A stretch of 42,829 bases of DNA from a virus. Lineage: Duplodnaviria > Caudoviricetes. Positions within the stretch are counted from its first letter, which is position 1, and each line of letters starts with the position of its first letter. The notes beneath the pieces are model-generated. The model was given only the letters and a program-made list of their open reading frames with translations, was not told where the DNA came from and ran no database searches. The stretch is taken from positions 1 to 42,829 of IMG/VR virus record IMGVR_UViG_3300032212_000699. The stretch is one strand, 5' to 3'. Of this stretch, positions 24,419 through 34,357 are shown piece after piece. A program made the position numbers and the translations under genes.

Positions 24419-25968
24419 ATGCTATTGAGCGAATCATAGCTGCCGTCTCGCCCGGTTGGGCGGTTAGTCGTGCAAGCGACCGGCGCGTGCTGGCTGCATA
24501 TGAAGCGGCAACCCCGTCACGCTTGCGTAAATCCAAAGCCGATAACGCCAGTGGTGATGCGGTGGTGGGTAAATCTGGCGCTGCATTGCGGGGTTATGCG
24601 CGACAGCTTGAGCAGAATTATGATCTAGCACAGGGCGTGCTCGATACCTTGGTAGACCGTGTCGTGGGGCCTCGTGGTATTAGCTGGGAGCCGTTACCAA
24701 AAAATACCGATGGAACACTCCATGAGGATTTTGCAAAAGAGTTAAAAAAGGTTTGGAAGGAAATAGCGCCAACCCTTAATGTCACGTGGGATCTGGATGA
24801 CGTTGAAACAGAGCGCTTGGCGGCGCGCACGTTGTTTCGTGATGGTGAATTCCTGGTGCAGTTTCTTGAGGGAAATATTCCGGGGCTAGACCATGGCAGT
24901 ATCGTACCGTTCTCAATTGAGCTAATCGAGTCTGATCTACTGCCGTTTGATCTGAATGACGAAAAAAAAGGAATCACGCAAGGGGTGGAGCGCAGCGCAT
25001 GGCTTCGCCCGCGGGCTTACCATCTGCTTAAGCAGCACCCGGGTGGCATGTCTTCACGCTGGGATTTTAACACCAAACGAGTGCCTGCAGAAAAGATGCT
25101 GCACCCTAAAATCATCGGGCGTCTTGGGCAGGCTCGCGGGGTTTCAATTTTTTCATCAACCATTATTAGAATTGAAGATTTAAAAGACTATGAAGAGAGT
25201 GAGCGTGTTGCGGCCAGAGTGGCGGCGGCGTTAACGGGCTTCATCAAAAAAGGCACGCCAGATTTATATAATGAACCTGATGATGGCAACGCACAGCGCA
25301 TGATTCACATGCAGCCGGGCATTATTGCTGATGGCTTAAAGCAGGGTGAAGACATTGGCACTATTGAGAGTAACCGGCCATCTGCATTGTTAACGCCTTT
25401 CCACTCCATTATGACGCGCCGTGTGGCTGCGGGTACCCGTACTAACTTCAGTAGCATAGCCAAAGAATATAACGGTAACTATTCATCAAGAAAACAAGAG
25501 CAGGCAGAGGCTACAGTCGGTTATGAAGGCTTAACAAGGTTTCTGGTTGGGAAGTACTCACGTCCTATTAAACAGCGCGCTATACAGGTTGCAATCATCT
25601 CGGGGCGTTTAAAGCTACCGCCAGATTTAGATATTTCAACATTGTTTGATGCGGAATTTAGAGGGCCGGTGGTTCTGTCGCTCGATGCAGAGAAAGATGC
25701 AAAAGCTCGCAGAGAGGCTGAACGTGCGGGGCATAAATCGGCTCAGCAGAATATTAGAGATGCAGGTGGTGACCCTGAAGAGGTTCGTAGCCAGAATAAA
25801 TCATGGCGTGAAAAAAATGATAAAGATGGCTTGGTATTTACCACTGATCCCAAATACGACAATTTAAATATGATCGAAGCCCCGGCACAGTCTGGGGCTT
25901 CTTCGTTAAAGCGTAATGACAACGAAGACGAAGACGAAGAGGAAGACGACGATGCCAGCAGCGATTAA
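24415..25968 (+). CDS. Portal protein, lambda family
   Basis: LRGYARQLEQN, RDGEF, GQARGVS, NYSS. Confidence 0.93.
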   Translation: MNAIERIIAAVSPGWAVSRASDRRVLAAYEAATPSRLRKSKADNASGDAVVGKSGAALRGYARQLEQNYDLAQGVLDTLVDRVVGPRGISWEPLPKNTDGTLHEDFAKELKKVWKEIAPTLNVTWDLDDVETERLAARTLFRDGEFLVQFLEGNIPGLDHGSIVPFSIELIESDLLPFDLNDEKKGITQGVERSAWLRPRAYHLLKQHPGGMSSRWDFNTKRVPAEKMLHPKIIGRLGQARGVSIFSSTIIRIEDLKDYEESERVAARVAAALTGFIKKGTPDLYNEPDDGNAQRMIHMQPGIIADGLKQGEDIGTIESNRPSALLTPFHSIMTRRVAAGTRTNFSSIAKEYNGNYSSRKQEQAEATVGYEGLTRFLVGKYSRPIKQRAIQVAIISGRLKLPPDLDISTLFDAEFRGPVVLSLDAEKDAKARREAERAGHKSAQQNIRDAGGDPEEVRSQNKSWREKNDKDGLVFTTDPKYDNLNMIEAPAQSGASSLKRNDNEDEDEEEDDDASSD

Positions 25969-28090
25969 AGCCCCCTATCAAATAGTAGCCAAAGGCGCTA
26001 ATCAGCCTGAAGCTGAGATGCGTATCTTTGGTGATATCGGCGAAGATTTTTGGGGGGAAGGCATTACTGATGAGCGGGTTGCTGCTGATCTTGATGCGCT
26101 GAATGATCAGGATCTTCGTGTGAGAGTTAATTCCTACGGTGGTTCTGTTGCGATGGGATTGGCGATTGCCAATGCGATATCAAACTATGCGGGTAAAACT
26201 ACGGGTGTCATTGAGGGGGTTTCAGCATCTATCAGTTCAATGATCCCTCTGGCTTGTGACCATGTAGAGATTGCAGATAACGCGCGAATGATGGTCCATG
26301 GCCCTCATGCTGGTTCATATGGATTCTCAGATGATCACCGTGAAGCAGCTGATATGTTGGATGGTTTTGCTGATGCGATGTCTCGGCTTTACATCAAAAA
26401 GACTGGTAAGTCTGCTGATGAAATCATGGGTCTACTAACGGACCGAAAAGATCACTGGTTCGGCGCTGAAGAGGCGCTGGCGTTTGGTCTTGCTGATGAG
26501 ATCACTGAAGGCTTGCGTGTCGCCGCTCACGGCTTTATGCAGTCACGTTTTGCTCCTTCGGCAATTGCAGCCTTTGGTGAAAAACCCCTTTCCCAATTAT
26601 TCGATGGAAAACAAAGTTCGACAACAGCGGCGGTCGCTGCTAACAACCCCCAACCAGAAGAGGTAGAAGAAATGCCAGATGCATTAGACAAAGATGATAA
26701 GGCGGCCAAACCAAAGGTCGTCGCTAAAACAACTCAGGTAGCTGATCCGAATGTGCCAGCAGCACGCAGCGAGACTGAAGTGCTCGCTGCCAACGACAAG
26801 CGCATTGGTGATATCCGCGCTGCCTTCCAGCCCTTTGCAGCGCATGAAGGCGTTCAGGCGTTGCTTGATGGCTTTGTGGGTGACAGCAACATTACAGTAG
26901 AGGTAGCCAATAATAAACTGCTGGCGCATCTTGGTAGTGGCACTGAACCGTTGGCGCGTTCACCGCACATCGAGCATGGTGAAGACAGTGCTGATAAGCA
27001 GATTAAAGCATCAATGGATGTGTTGTTGGTGCGTGCGGGTGTGCATAACATGCGGGGTAATGGTCAAGATGCCGTGGCAATTAACCTTTCCGGTAATGAT
27101 TTTCGCGGTGCTACGCTGATGGATCTGGCGCGTGCATCATTACAGCGTGCGGGTGTGAATGCAAAAGGGATGGACAAGCGTGCCATAGTGGCGGCGGCTT
27201 TTCAGTCGACCAGTGATTTCCCTGTGTTGCTTGAAAATACCATTCATAAAGTGTTGTTGCAGGCCTATGTGACAACGGCAGATACCTGGTCCCGTTTTTG
27301 TAAGGTGGGCTCGGTTTCAGATTTTCGCGCGCACAATCGTTACCGTACAGGGTCAATTGGCAACCTGGATTCGCTGAATGAGAATGGTGAGTTTAAGCAC
27401 AAGGCGATTCCAGATGGTGAGAAATCAAGCATCACGGCTGGCACCAAGGGTAATATTATTGCCATTACCCGTGAGGCGATCATCAACGATGATCTGCAGG
27501 CGCTAACAGACCTTGCGCAGATGTTGGGCCGTGCATTCCGCCGCACCATCGAATCTGCTGTTTATGCATTGTTGGCAGAAAACTCAGGTATGGGGCCATT
27601 GCTTGCAGACGGAAAGGCAATATTTCATGCCGATCATAATAACATCGGCGCGGGTGCTGCCATTTCAATGGCATCACTTGAGGCTGATAGTGTGTTGATG
27701 TCAGCGCAGAAAGACGTTAGTAATAATGACTTTCTTGATATCTCACCCGATGTGCTGTTGGTGCCTAAGGGTCTACGAGGAACTGCACGCACAATTAACG
27801 AGGCGGAGTATGACCCAGACACCGCCAATAAGCTGCATAAGCCCAACATCTCACGCGGTATGTTTAGTGACATTGTTGATACCCAGAGAATGACTGGCAC
27901 ACGACGTTACGCGTTTGCTAGCGTTAACGATGCGCCGGTTATTGAGGTCGCGTTCCTTGATGGCGTTCAAGAGCCGTACATTGAAACCAAAGACGGTTGG
28001 AGCACTGATGGTGCGGAGCTGAAAGTCCGGGGTGACTTTGGTGTGGCGGGTATCGATTACCGCGGCGCGGTAACTAACGCAGGCGTTTAA
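25952..28090 (+). CDS. ClpP-like prohead protease / major capsid protein fusion
   Basis: VRVNSYGGSV, SASISS, MMVHGP, then the capsid region STSDFP...ITREAIINDDL...DFGVAGIDYRG. Confidence 0.93.
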   Translation: MPAAIKAPYQIVAKGANQPEAEMRIFGDIGEDFWGEGITDERVAADLDALNDQDLRVRVNSYGGSVAMGLAIANAISNYAGKTTGVIEGVSASISSMIPLACDHVEIADNARMMVHGPHAGSYGFSDDHREAADMLDGFADAMSRLYIKKTGKSADEIMGLLTDRKDHWFGAEEALAFGLADEITEGLRVAAHGFMQSRFAPSAIAAFGEKPLSQLFDGKQSSTTAAVAANNPQPEEVEEMPDALDKDDKAAKPKVVAKTTQVADPNVPAARSETEVLAANDKRIGDIRAAFQPFAAHEGVQALLDGFVGDSNITVEVANNKLLAHLGSGTEPLARSPHIEHGEDSADKQIKASMDVLLVRAGVHNMRGNGQDAVAINLSGNDFRGATLMDLARASLQRAGVNAKGMDKRAIVAAAFQSTSDFPVLLENTIHKVLLQAYVTTADTWSRFCKVGSVSDFRAHNRYRTGSIGNLDSLNENGEFKHKAIPDGEKSSITAGTKGNIIAITREAIINDDLQALTDLAQMLGRAFRRTIESAVYALLAENSGMGPLLADGKAIFHADHNNIGAGAAISMASLEADSVLMSAQKDVSNNDFLDISPDVLLVPKGLRGTARTINEAEYDPDTANKLHKPNISRGMFSDIVDTQRMTGTRRYAFASVNDAPVIEVAFLDGVQEPYIETKDGWSTDGAELKVRGDFGVAGIDYRGAVTNAGV

Positions 28091-28157
28091 TCAATAGCGC
28101 TTAATGATGGCCGCTTTCGGGCGGTCTATCCCTAATTAAAATCGAGGAAATTAAAAA

Positions 28158-28523
28158 ATGGCAAATAACCATGTATATAGCGGTAAGCGTCTCACCTACA
28201 CAAATGGCGGTTCGGCAATTGCCTCGGGTGCTGTTGTTGTAGTTGGTGCGCTTGTTTGTGTAGCGTTAGGCGCTATCGCTAGCGGCGCTGTAGGTGAGTT
28301 GGCTGTTGAGGGTGTATGGAATCTACCCAAGCTTGATGCGGCAGTGATCGCACAGGGTGAAGAGGTTGTGTATGACGTATCGTCGAGTTCGTTTGATGAT
28401 AATGCAATGACCCCTGCTGCTGGTGATGTTTCAAATGCTTGTATTGCCTGGGAAGGTAAGGGTGCCACTTCTGGCGAAACCATCCAGGTGAAAATCAATG
28501 TAGGTGTTGGCACGGTCGCATAA
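28158..28523 (+). CDS. DUF2190-family capsid cement protein
   Basis: SGAVVVVG...VALGAIASGAVGEL..EGVWNLPK; follows the capsid gene. Confidence 0.85.
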   Translation: MANNHVYSGKRLTYTNGGSAIASGAVVVVGALVCVALGAIASGAVGELAVEGVWNLPKLDAAVIAQGEEVVYDVSSSSFDDNAMTPAAGDVSNACIAWEGKGATSGETIQVKINVGVGTVA

Positions 28524-28599
28524 GCGGCAGTCTGATAACCCGCAAGCCCTGAATCCTCAGGGCTTGCATTAACCAAAACCAACTAAGAGGAAAGAAACA

Positions 28600-29007
28600 A
28601 TGCGAATCAGTCGTATGCTTTCACTCGTCTGCGCGATGCTGGCGAGTTGTTTAATCTTCTCTGGTTCGGCAGTGGCGGATTCTCCGCCGTTGTTCGAGCT
28701 GGATGCTATGCAAACGGTAATGGATGGCAAAGCAACGCCAGCCACAGCCCATGTGGCGCGTGAAACGCTAATCGCAAGCGATGGCCTAACCCAGCAGTGT
28801 AAAAGCTGCCGCAGTCAAGACGTAAGCGCTCAGGGGGTAGCGTTGCCCTCGGGCAATAACGGCCCGATGTTGACCCTGTTAGCCATCGCACGAGAAACCG
28901 ATAAATCGACCGCAAATATCAAAGCCTGTAATACCTGCCGCAGCAAATCGAAAGGTGCCTCGGAGGTCGCCTTCCATCGACCGTGGGCGTGGCTAGCAGT
29001 TAAATAA
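28600..29007 (+). CDS. Exported protein with two CxxCRS motifs (moron)
   Basis: Signal-peptide-like N-terminus, CKSCRS and CNTCRS; flanked by hairpins at 28542-28567 and about 29021-29045. Confidence 0.6.
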   Translation: MRISRMLSLVCAMLASCLIFSGSAVADSPPLFELDAMQTVMDGKATPATAHVARETLIASDGLTQQCKSCRSQDVSAQGVALPSGNNGPMLTLLAIARETDKSTANIKACNTCRSKSKGASEVAFHRPWAWLAVK

Positions 29008-29062
29008 ACAAGCAATCAGAAGGGCCGGGCTAATGTCCGGCCTTTCTCATAGGGGTGGTGAT

Positions 29063-29398
29063 ATGGCGTTTGAAGAGGATATGTCTGTTTTCTTTGATGA
29101 GGAAGTTTTTGCAGATAAAGCCATCATCACACCAAAAGGCATCACGCATCCATCGAATAAGTCGGTGGAGGTTAGTGTCATCGCTGAGCAGCGTTATGTA
29201 GAAGGCACAAAGGTAGACGGCTACCGCTGGACGATCCAGGGTGATAAATCTGCTTTTGATGCGAAGGGTATCGGTTTCGGTGCGATGGTGACATTGTATA
29301 AAAACGACGGTTGTAAGTTGGTTGAGAAGGATATGGAGATCAAAGATCGTGAGCCGGAAGAGTCTGATAATGCCATGACGATGTGGGTGTTGCAGTAG
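29063..29398 (+). CDS. Head-tail joining protein
   Basis: MAFEEDMSVFFDEEVFA; position in the late operon. Confidence 0.65.
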   Translation: MAFEEDMSVFFDEEVFADKAIITPKGITHPSNKSVEVSVIAEQRYVEGTKVDGYRWTIQGDKSAFDAKGIGFGAMVTLYKNDGCKLVEKDMEIKDREPEESDNAMTMWVLQ

Positions 29399-30037
29399 GT
29401 GGGTGCATTTACCTTCAGGGTTGATGGTAATTTTGTTGATGTTCGGCGTTATATGAAGGGCATCGAAGCGGGTCTTAGAAAAGATGCGGTAGTGCCTGCT
29501 GTTAATAAAACAGCTGCGAGGGTAAAAACGGCGGTTGTCAGGCAAATATCAAAGGAAGCAGGCTCTAAACAAAAGCCTTTGAGAAAGAAGATAGTCGTCA
29601 TCAAGGCGCGTAAGGGGTCGAGCGCAAGGGCTCGTAACTTCGCGACGGTGGATGCTAGTGAGGCGAAGTCGATTAATCTAATTGAGTATGTTCGTCCAAG
29701 TCAGAGAAAAACTAACTTTTTTAATAAGTCCTCAAGAACTAAGCGTGGTGAGAAAAAGTACAAGGCGAAGGGTGTTATTGCCACGGTAGGAAAGAAGCGT
29801 AAGACCTATGGCGGTGCATTTATAGGCACTGCTAAAGGCGGTGATCTAAAGGTGTTCCGCAGAATTGGCAGGCGTAGAGACAAGATCACGCAAGTGCCTG
29901 GGCCGTCGCCGGGTGCGTATTTTAAAAGGCCAGCGACACATGCATTTATGAGGAAGGTGGCTGAAACCCATTTTCCAGTTGAATTGAATCGCGCTGTGAA
30001 AATGGTGATCGCCAGAGAGGCGCGTAAAAACAGATAG
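29399..30037 (+). CDS. Minor tail protein Z-like
   Basis: Basic protein with AVNKTA...GAFI...VFRR...GPS. Confidence 0.75.
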   Translation: MGAFTFRVDGNFVDVRRYMKGIEAGLRKDAVVPAVNKTAARVKTAVVRQISKEAGSKQKPLRKKIVVIKARKGSSARARNFATVDASEAKSINLIEYVRPSQRKTNFFNKSSRTKRGEKKYKAKGVIATVGKKRKTYGGAFIGTAKGGDLKVFRRIGRRRDKITQVPGPSPGAYFKRPATHAFMRKVAETHFPVELNRAVKMVIAREARKNR

Positions 30038-30050
30038 GGTGTTTTGGGTA

Positions 30051-30512
30051 ATGGCAGACCACAGAGAAAAACAAGTTATCGATGCTTTTATTTCGACAAT
30101 TACTGGCCTCGCAACTGCTGGTAATAATGTAGAAGCTGAGCGTGAATTCTCATGGGGTGATGATGTTTCTCATGCCATACAGATAGACCTCGGTCCTGAT
30201 GATCCGTCTGGTGACAGTGAGCAGTCTTGGCCCCTTGTTGCCAGCTGGACAACGCTGGCTGTCAGGCTTATTCATAAAGGCAGTAAGGCCGATGCATTGG
30301 GCGCACTTACGCTCATGCGGGCAGAGGTCGAAGTCGCGCTGATGGCGTACCACGCAGCGCAGACTAATCCGCTCGGGTTAGCTTTCGTCTCCGACATTCG
30401 AGAAATCGGTGCTGGTCCAGTGAGTACCGACGAGTGGGACGCAACAGAATCAAACCGTACCATCACCTGGCGCATCCGGTATACCCGTTCGCAATTTGAT
30501 CCAACTCAATAA
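30051..30512 (+). CDS. Tail terminator-like protein
   Basis: MADHREKQVIDA...EVEVALMA...LGLAFVSD...IRYTRS..DP. Confidence 0.65.
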   Translation: MADHREKQVIDAFISTITGLATAGNNVEAEREFSWGDDVSHAIQIDLGPDDPSGDSEQSWPLVASWTTLAVRLIHKGSKADALGALTLMRAEVEVALMAYHAAQTNPLGLAFVSDIREIGAGPVSTDEWDATESNRTITWRIRYTRSQFDPTQ

Positions 30513-30523
30513 AGGAATCAATC

Positions 30524-30748
30524 ATGGCAGAAGAGAAAAAGCCGTTGCAGCTGCAGCCGGCAGGGGTTCGCTTTGTCGGACCCAAGGCGGTAGAGGCAGA
30601 GAAGGCGTATAAGACTGCTGAGTCTAGGAAGTTAAAAGCGGCTGAATCTCGCATTGAAAAAGCGAATGCGAAACCTTTGAACCCTGGGCAGGCTGCGCAA
30701 CCCATAACAGAGGAGGCCACCAGTGCTGACCAGAAAAAGAACGATTAG
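30524..30748 (+). CDS. Small hypothetical protein
   Basis: 74 aa with RBS AAGGA. Confidence 0.55.
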   Translation: MAEEKKPLQLQPAGVRFVGPKAVEAEKAYKTAESRKLKAAESRIEKANAKPLNPGQAAQPITEEATSADQKKND

Positions 30749-31670
30749 ATGTGCAATCGAGGCGGTTAAAAATGTCGCTGAAACACTAACAGCTGCCGAT
30801 GCCATTACCGCTGAAAATATCAATGTTGCATTAGCCAATGAAAAGCGCATTGAGCCACCTGCCGTAGGGGCTGATATGGCGGCGGCTAAGTCGCTGTTTG
30901 TCAGTGCGCTGGTTGAGGTGACGTTTGATCTGCGCATCAAAGGTGCGGCCGCAGCGTACAGTGCCACGGTGTTGCCTGAGTTAGATGTACCGCTGCAAAT
31001 CTCGGGTGTTGGTGTCACTGTTGACACCACGCCGAGTGCAGAGAAGGCGACCTATAGCCCTTCCAGCGTGACCAGTACGCATAAAACAGCTACGTTTGAA
31101 GTCTATAACGATGGTCTGCTTTATACGATTACAGGTTGCGTTTCTTCGTGGACTGCTGATATCAGCAGTGGTGCGCAGGGTATGGTCTCGTTTACGGTGA
31201 CTGGGCATTGTACAGGCGTGGTGGACTCTGCTATCCCGGCAGATGCTCCATCGGCAATCGAAGCGCCCAAGGTGATAGGGCTTGGTTTTGATGTTGCTGG
31301 TTATGGTGCGGTGATCAGCAGCTTGAAGCTTAAGCCGGGTCTCTCGCCAGTGTGGCCGGATGACATTAATGCGGTCGATGGCTTTGGTGATGCGGTAATC
31401 ATTGATCGTAAATTCAAAGGTTCATTTGACCCATTGGCAGTGCTAGTGGCCACGCATGACTTCGAAGCTAAGTTCCGTGCCGGTACAGAAATGGCGATTA
31501 CCACAGGGCTTATCGGTAGTGTTCAGTACAACCAATATCAACACACGTTCGGAAAGGCTTATTACGACGCCATAGGCGGTGGTGACCGTGATGGCATCGC
31601 AGCTAATGAAATGGGTTTTGGTGCGTTGCCTGTGTCCGGTGATGATGAATGGGTGTGGGAGTTCAGCTAA
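30723..31670 (+). CDS. Major tail tube protein
   Basis: 315 aa, beta-rich; precedes the chaperone and tape measure genes; no sheath gene seen. Confidence 0.75.
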   Translation: MLTRKRTIRCAIEAVKNVAETLTAADAITAENINVALANEKRIEPPAVGADMAAAKSLFVSALVEVTFDLRIKGAAAAYSATVLPELDVPLQISGVGVTVDTTPSAEKATYSPSSVTSTHKTATFEVYNDGLLYTITGCVSSWTADISSGAQGMVSFTVTGHCTGVVDSAIPADAPSAIEAPKVIGLGFDVAGYGAVISSLKLKPGLSPVWPDDINAVDGFGDAVIIDRKFKGSFDPLAVLVATHDFEAKFRAGTEMAITTGLIGSVQYNQYQHTFGKAYYDAIGGGDRDGIAANEMGFGALPVSGDDEWVWEFS

Positions 31671-32059
31671 TGGCAGACGCAAATGATTCAGAAAACTTCG
31701 AACCCTTCTGGTTTACGCCGCTTCATTATCAAATTCCTGAGGCGGAGCGTGTCGAGGGTGGGCCTGAGTTTAAAGAAGGTGCGCCACGCTATAAGTTAAA
31801 ACCGCTCGATGGCATTGAAGTGGCTGATTACATCGGTCGTATCAATGCTAATGAGCGAGGTATGTATGTGTTTAGCTCAGGGGTGGTGGCGAGCCTGATG
31901 GTTGGCTTCTGCTCTTCGTGGGAAGGTCTCAAATTTAAAAGTGAGCCGCTTGCGTATGATCTTAAATCGCTCGGTAAAGTGCCGGGGCATGATCTGCACG
32001 CTTGTGCGGGTGCGATCATCGATCGCTCATATTTCGCTGAGGACGACCTAAAAAACTAA
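31670..32059 (+). CDS. Tail assembly chaperone (gpG-like)
   Basis: Ends in the slippery sequence A AAA AAC TAA. Confidence 0.7.
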   Translation: MADANDSENFEPFWFTPLHYQIPEAERVEGGPEFKEGAPRYKLKPLDGIEVADYIGRINANERGMYVFSSGVVASLMVGFCSSWEGLKFKSEPLAYDLKSLGKVPGHDLHACAGAIIDRSYFAEDDLKN

Positions 32060-32385
32060 TCACTGCAATCGATGTTCGGCGCAACGCAAAAGACTTTGAT
32101 TGCAGTACCTGTAAAGAAAAATATTGTGATGCAGAGGGGCGCTATCCCGGCTCATTAGGGCGTGCCCCTTATCCGTTGTGGGAGATAGCGCATCAAGCGC
32201 TGGGTGATCAAAAGCTTAAGTTCACAACCTGCCCACTACCCGCTATTACCAGTAAAACAAACTTGTTGCTGATGTTGCATGACAACTACAGGCGCGGGGC
32301 ATTTTACGATCCAACTAAACCCTACTTCAGGCAGCCCAATTACTACCTGGATGCAATGAAGTTTCTGGAGAATAACCGTGGGTAA
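32050..32385 (+). CDS. -1 frameshift extension (gpGT-like)
   Basis: The -1 frame is open from the slippery heptamer 32050-32056 to the stop at 32385. Confidence 0.7.
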   Translation, partial: KKLITAIDVRRNAKDFDCSTCKEKYCDAEGRYPGSLGRAPYPLWEIAHQALGDQKLKFTTCPLPAITSKTNLLLMLHDNYRRGAFYDPTKPYFRQPNYYLDAMKFLENNRG

Positions 32386-34357
32386 TCCTGAAGCAAGGTT
32401 TGATATCGTCGCTGGGGATAAAACCAGGGCGGCGTTTAAGACCTTTAATGGCAGCCTGAAAACTTCGGGCACCAATGTTAAGCGGCTTACTGCAGGCGTG
32501 CTAGGCCTGGTGGGTGTGGGCGGCATTGGTGCGTTGATTAAGGTTAATGCAGATGCGGCGGATTCTAATGCTAAGTTTGCCGACAAGCTGGGTATTTCAA
32601 CAGAAAAGCTGGCGGGTTTGCGTTATGGCATTGGGCAGATTGCTGGAGATGCCGGTGGTTTTGAAGAGGCATTAACCAAGGCATCTAAAAGGCTGGGTGA
32701 ATTCAATGCAACCGGTGGCGGTGCTGGTGCGGTCTGGTTAAAGAAACTAAGCCTGGATACGCAGGAGCTTGCGCAGTTAAAGCCTGATGAGCTGTTTTTA
32801 AAATATGCGGAGTCGGTTCGTGGGCTGAATGACCGTGGACAGCAGTTGGCGGCCATGTCTGCGTTGATGGGTGATGAGTCGCGTAAGTTCATTACCGTTA
32901 TTGATGAAGGGCCGGATGCATTGCTCGCTTATGCAGCAGAGGCTGAGGCGTTAGGTATTGCGCTTAATCGTGTTGATACCGCGAAGATTGAAGCGGCTAA
33001 CGATGCCATCGACCGTTCATCTAAGGTGTTCGCGGGTGTTGGCACGCGCATGGCAGTGGAGCTTGCGCCTTTCTTTGAGGTTGCTTCCAATAATTTTGCA
33101 GATCTTGCTGTTGAGAACAATGGTTTTAGAGATCAAATTCTTAGTGGAACAGAGGCCATTGCCATAGGTGTTGGTTACCTTGGTAATTCATGGCGTGGCT
33201 GGGAGTTAATCTGGAAAGGCTTAGCGGTCGGTTGGCTTGATTTTCAGTCGGGCACGATGGACGGCCTTGCTGCAATGGATCGTGGCATAACAAGTGTGGC
33301 GGATATTCTGCCGGGGCTGGATGCCGCGCCCAATGAAGACCTTCAGAAGTGGGCGATATCGGGCCGTGTTGAGTTAGGTGCGGCACGCGCAGAGCTGCTT
33401 GTGTTGGCAAGTGCGCCGATGCCGGTTGACCAGGTAAAGGCGTTTTTTGATACCGTGCGCGCAGAGTCTCAGGCTGCGGGTGAAGAGGTGGCGGCTAAGC
33501 GTAAAGCGTTAGTTGAGGGTTTTTCAGGTGGTGAAGAAGGTGGTGATTCTGGTGGTATGACAGCTGCGCAGGAAAAGGCGCTGTCTACTCATCGTCTCTT
33601 TCTAGCTGGCCGTATCGAAGCAACCGAGCAAGCTGGAAAGTCTGAGAATCAACGGTTCTTTGAGTCGCTTCAAAACCGAGAGTTGATGCTTCAAGAGGCG
33701 CAGGCTCGCGGGGTTGGGTCTGAAGAGCGTAACGCTGAATTGTTGGTTGGGATTACTCAGCAGCGTGAAGCCAAAGTCTTATCGATCACGCGGGCGGCAA
33801 TCAAGGAAAATGAAAAGGCAGAAAAGGCGCGAGCTAAAGCGCGTATAGGCATCGCAACCGGCATGCTCGGTAACTTGAGTACGCTGATGAACAGCGACTC
33901 AAAAAAGCAGTTCGAGTTGGGTAAAAAGGCGGCGCTGGCAGGCGCATTGGTCTCGGGTGCTGAGGCGGTGGTGTCAAGTTACGCAGCGGGTGCAAAGATT
34001 GGTGGCCCATGGTTAGGTGCGGCTTATGCGGCAACAGCGGCTATCGCAACCAAGATGCATATCGATGCGATCCGTTCACGCCAGTTTGGTGGTGGCGGTG
34101 CTGTTAGTGGTGGCGGTGGTGCGGGTGGCGGTGCGCAGCCTGTTTTTAATGCGGACCCGATTTCGGGTTTGCCGTCTCAGCAGCAACAGTCCGGGGCGGT
34201 CTCTAATATCTATATCCCCGATTTGCCGCCGTCTGGCAATGTCTCTGTTGAGATGGTGGATGCAATGCTGGATGCGATTGAAGACCGAATCAAGAATGGC
34301 GATAAGGTGATTATCCATCGTGGTTCTAGGCAGGCTCAGGAGATATTGGCTGCGTAA
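32378..34357 (+). CDS. Tail tape measure protein
   Basis: 659 aa, Ala/Gly-rich helical; ADKLGISTEKLAGLRY motif. Confidence 0.9.
   Translation: MGNPEARFDIVAGDKTRAAFKTFNGSLKTSGTNVKRLTAGVLGLVGVGGIGALIKVNADAADSNAKFADKLGISTEKLAGLRYGIGQIAGDAGGFEEALTKASKRLGEFNATGGGAGAVWLKKLSLDTQELAQLKPDELFLKYAESVRGLNDRGQQLAAMSALMGDESRKFITVIDEGPDALLAYAAEAEALGIALNRVDTAKIEAANDAIDRSSKVFAGVGTRMAVELAPFFEVASNNFADLAVENNGFRDQILSGTEAIAIGVGYLGNSWRGWELIWKGLAVGWLDFQSGTMDGLAAMDRGITSVADILPGLDAAPNEDLQKWAISGRVELGAARAELLVLASAPMPVDQVKAFFDTVRAESQAAGEEVAAKRKALVEGFSGGEEGGDSGGMTAAQEKALSTHRLFLAGRIEATEQAGKSENQRFFESLQNRELMLQEAQARGVGSEERNAELLVGITQQREAKVLSITRAAIKENEKAEKARAKARIGIATGMLGNLSTLMNSDSKKQFELGKKAALAGALVSGAEAVVSSYAAGAKIGGPWLGAAYAATAAIATKMHIDAIRSRQFGGGGAVSGGGGAGGGAQPVFNADPISGLPSQQQQSGAVSNIYIPDLPPSGNVSVEMVDAMLDAIEDRIKNGDKVIIHRGSRQAQEILAA

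Noticed and set aside
25877-25903. Hairpin AAGCCCCGG...CTGGGGCTT near the portal 3' end as a terminator
   Set aside because: It lies inside an open reading frame with only a weak U tract; function cannot be supported.
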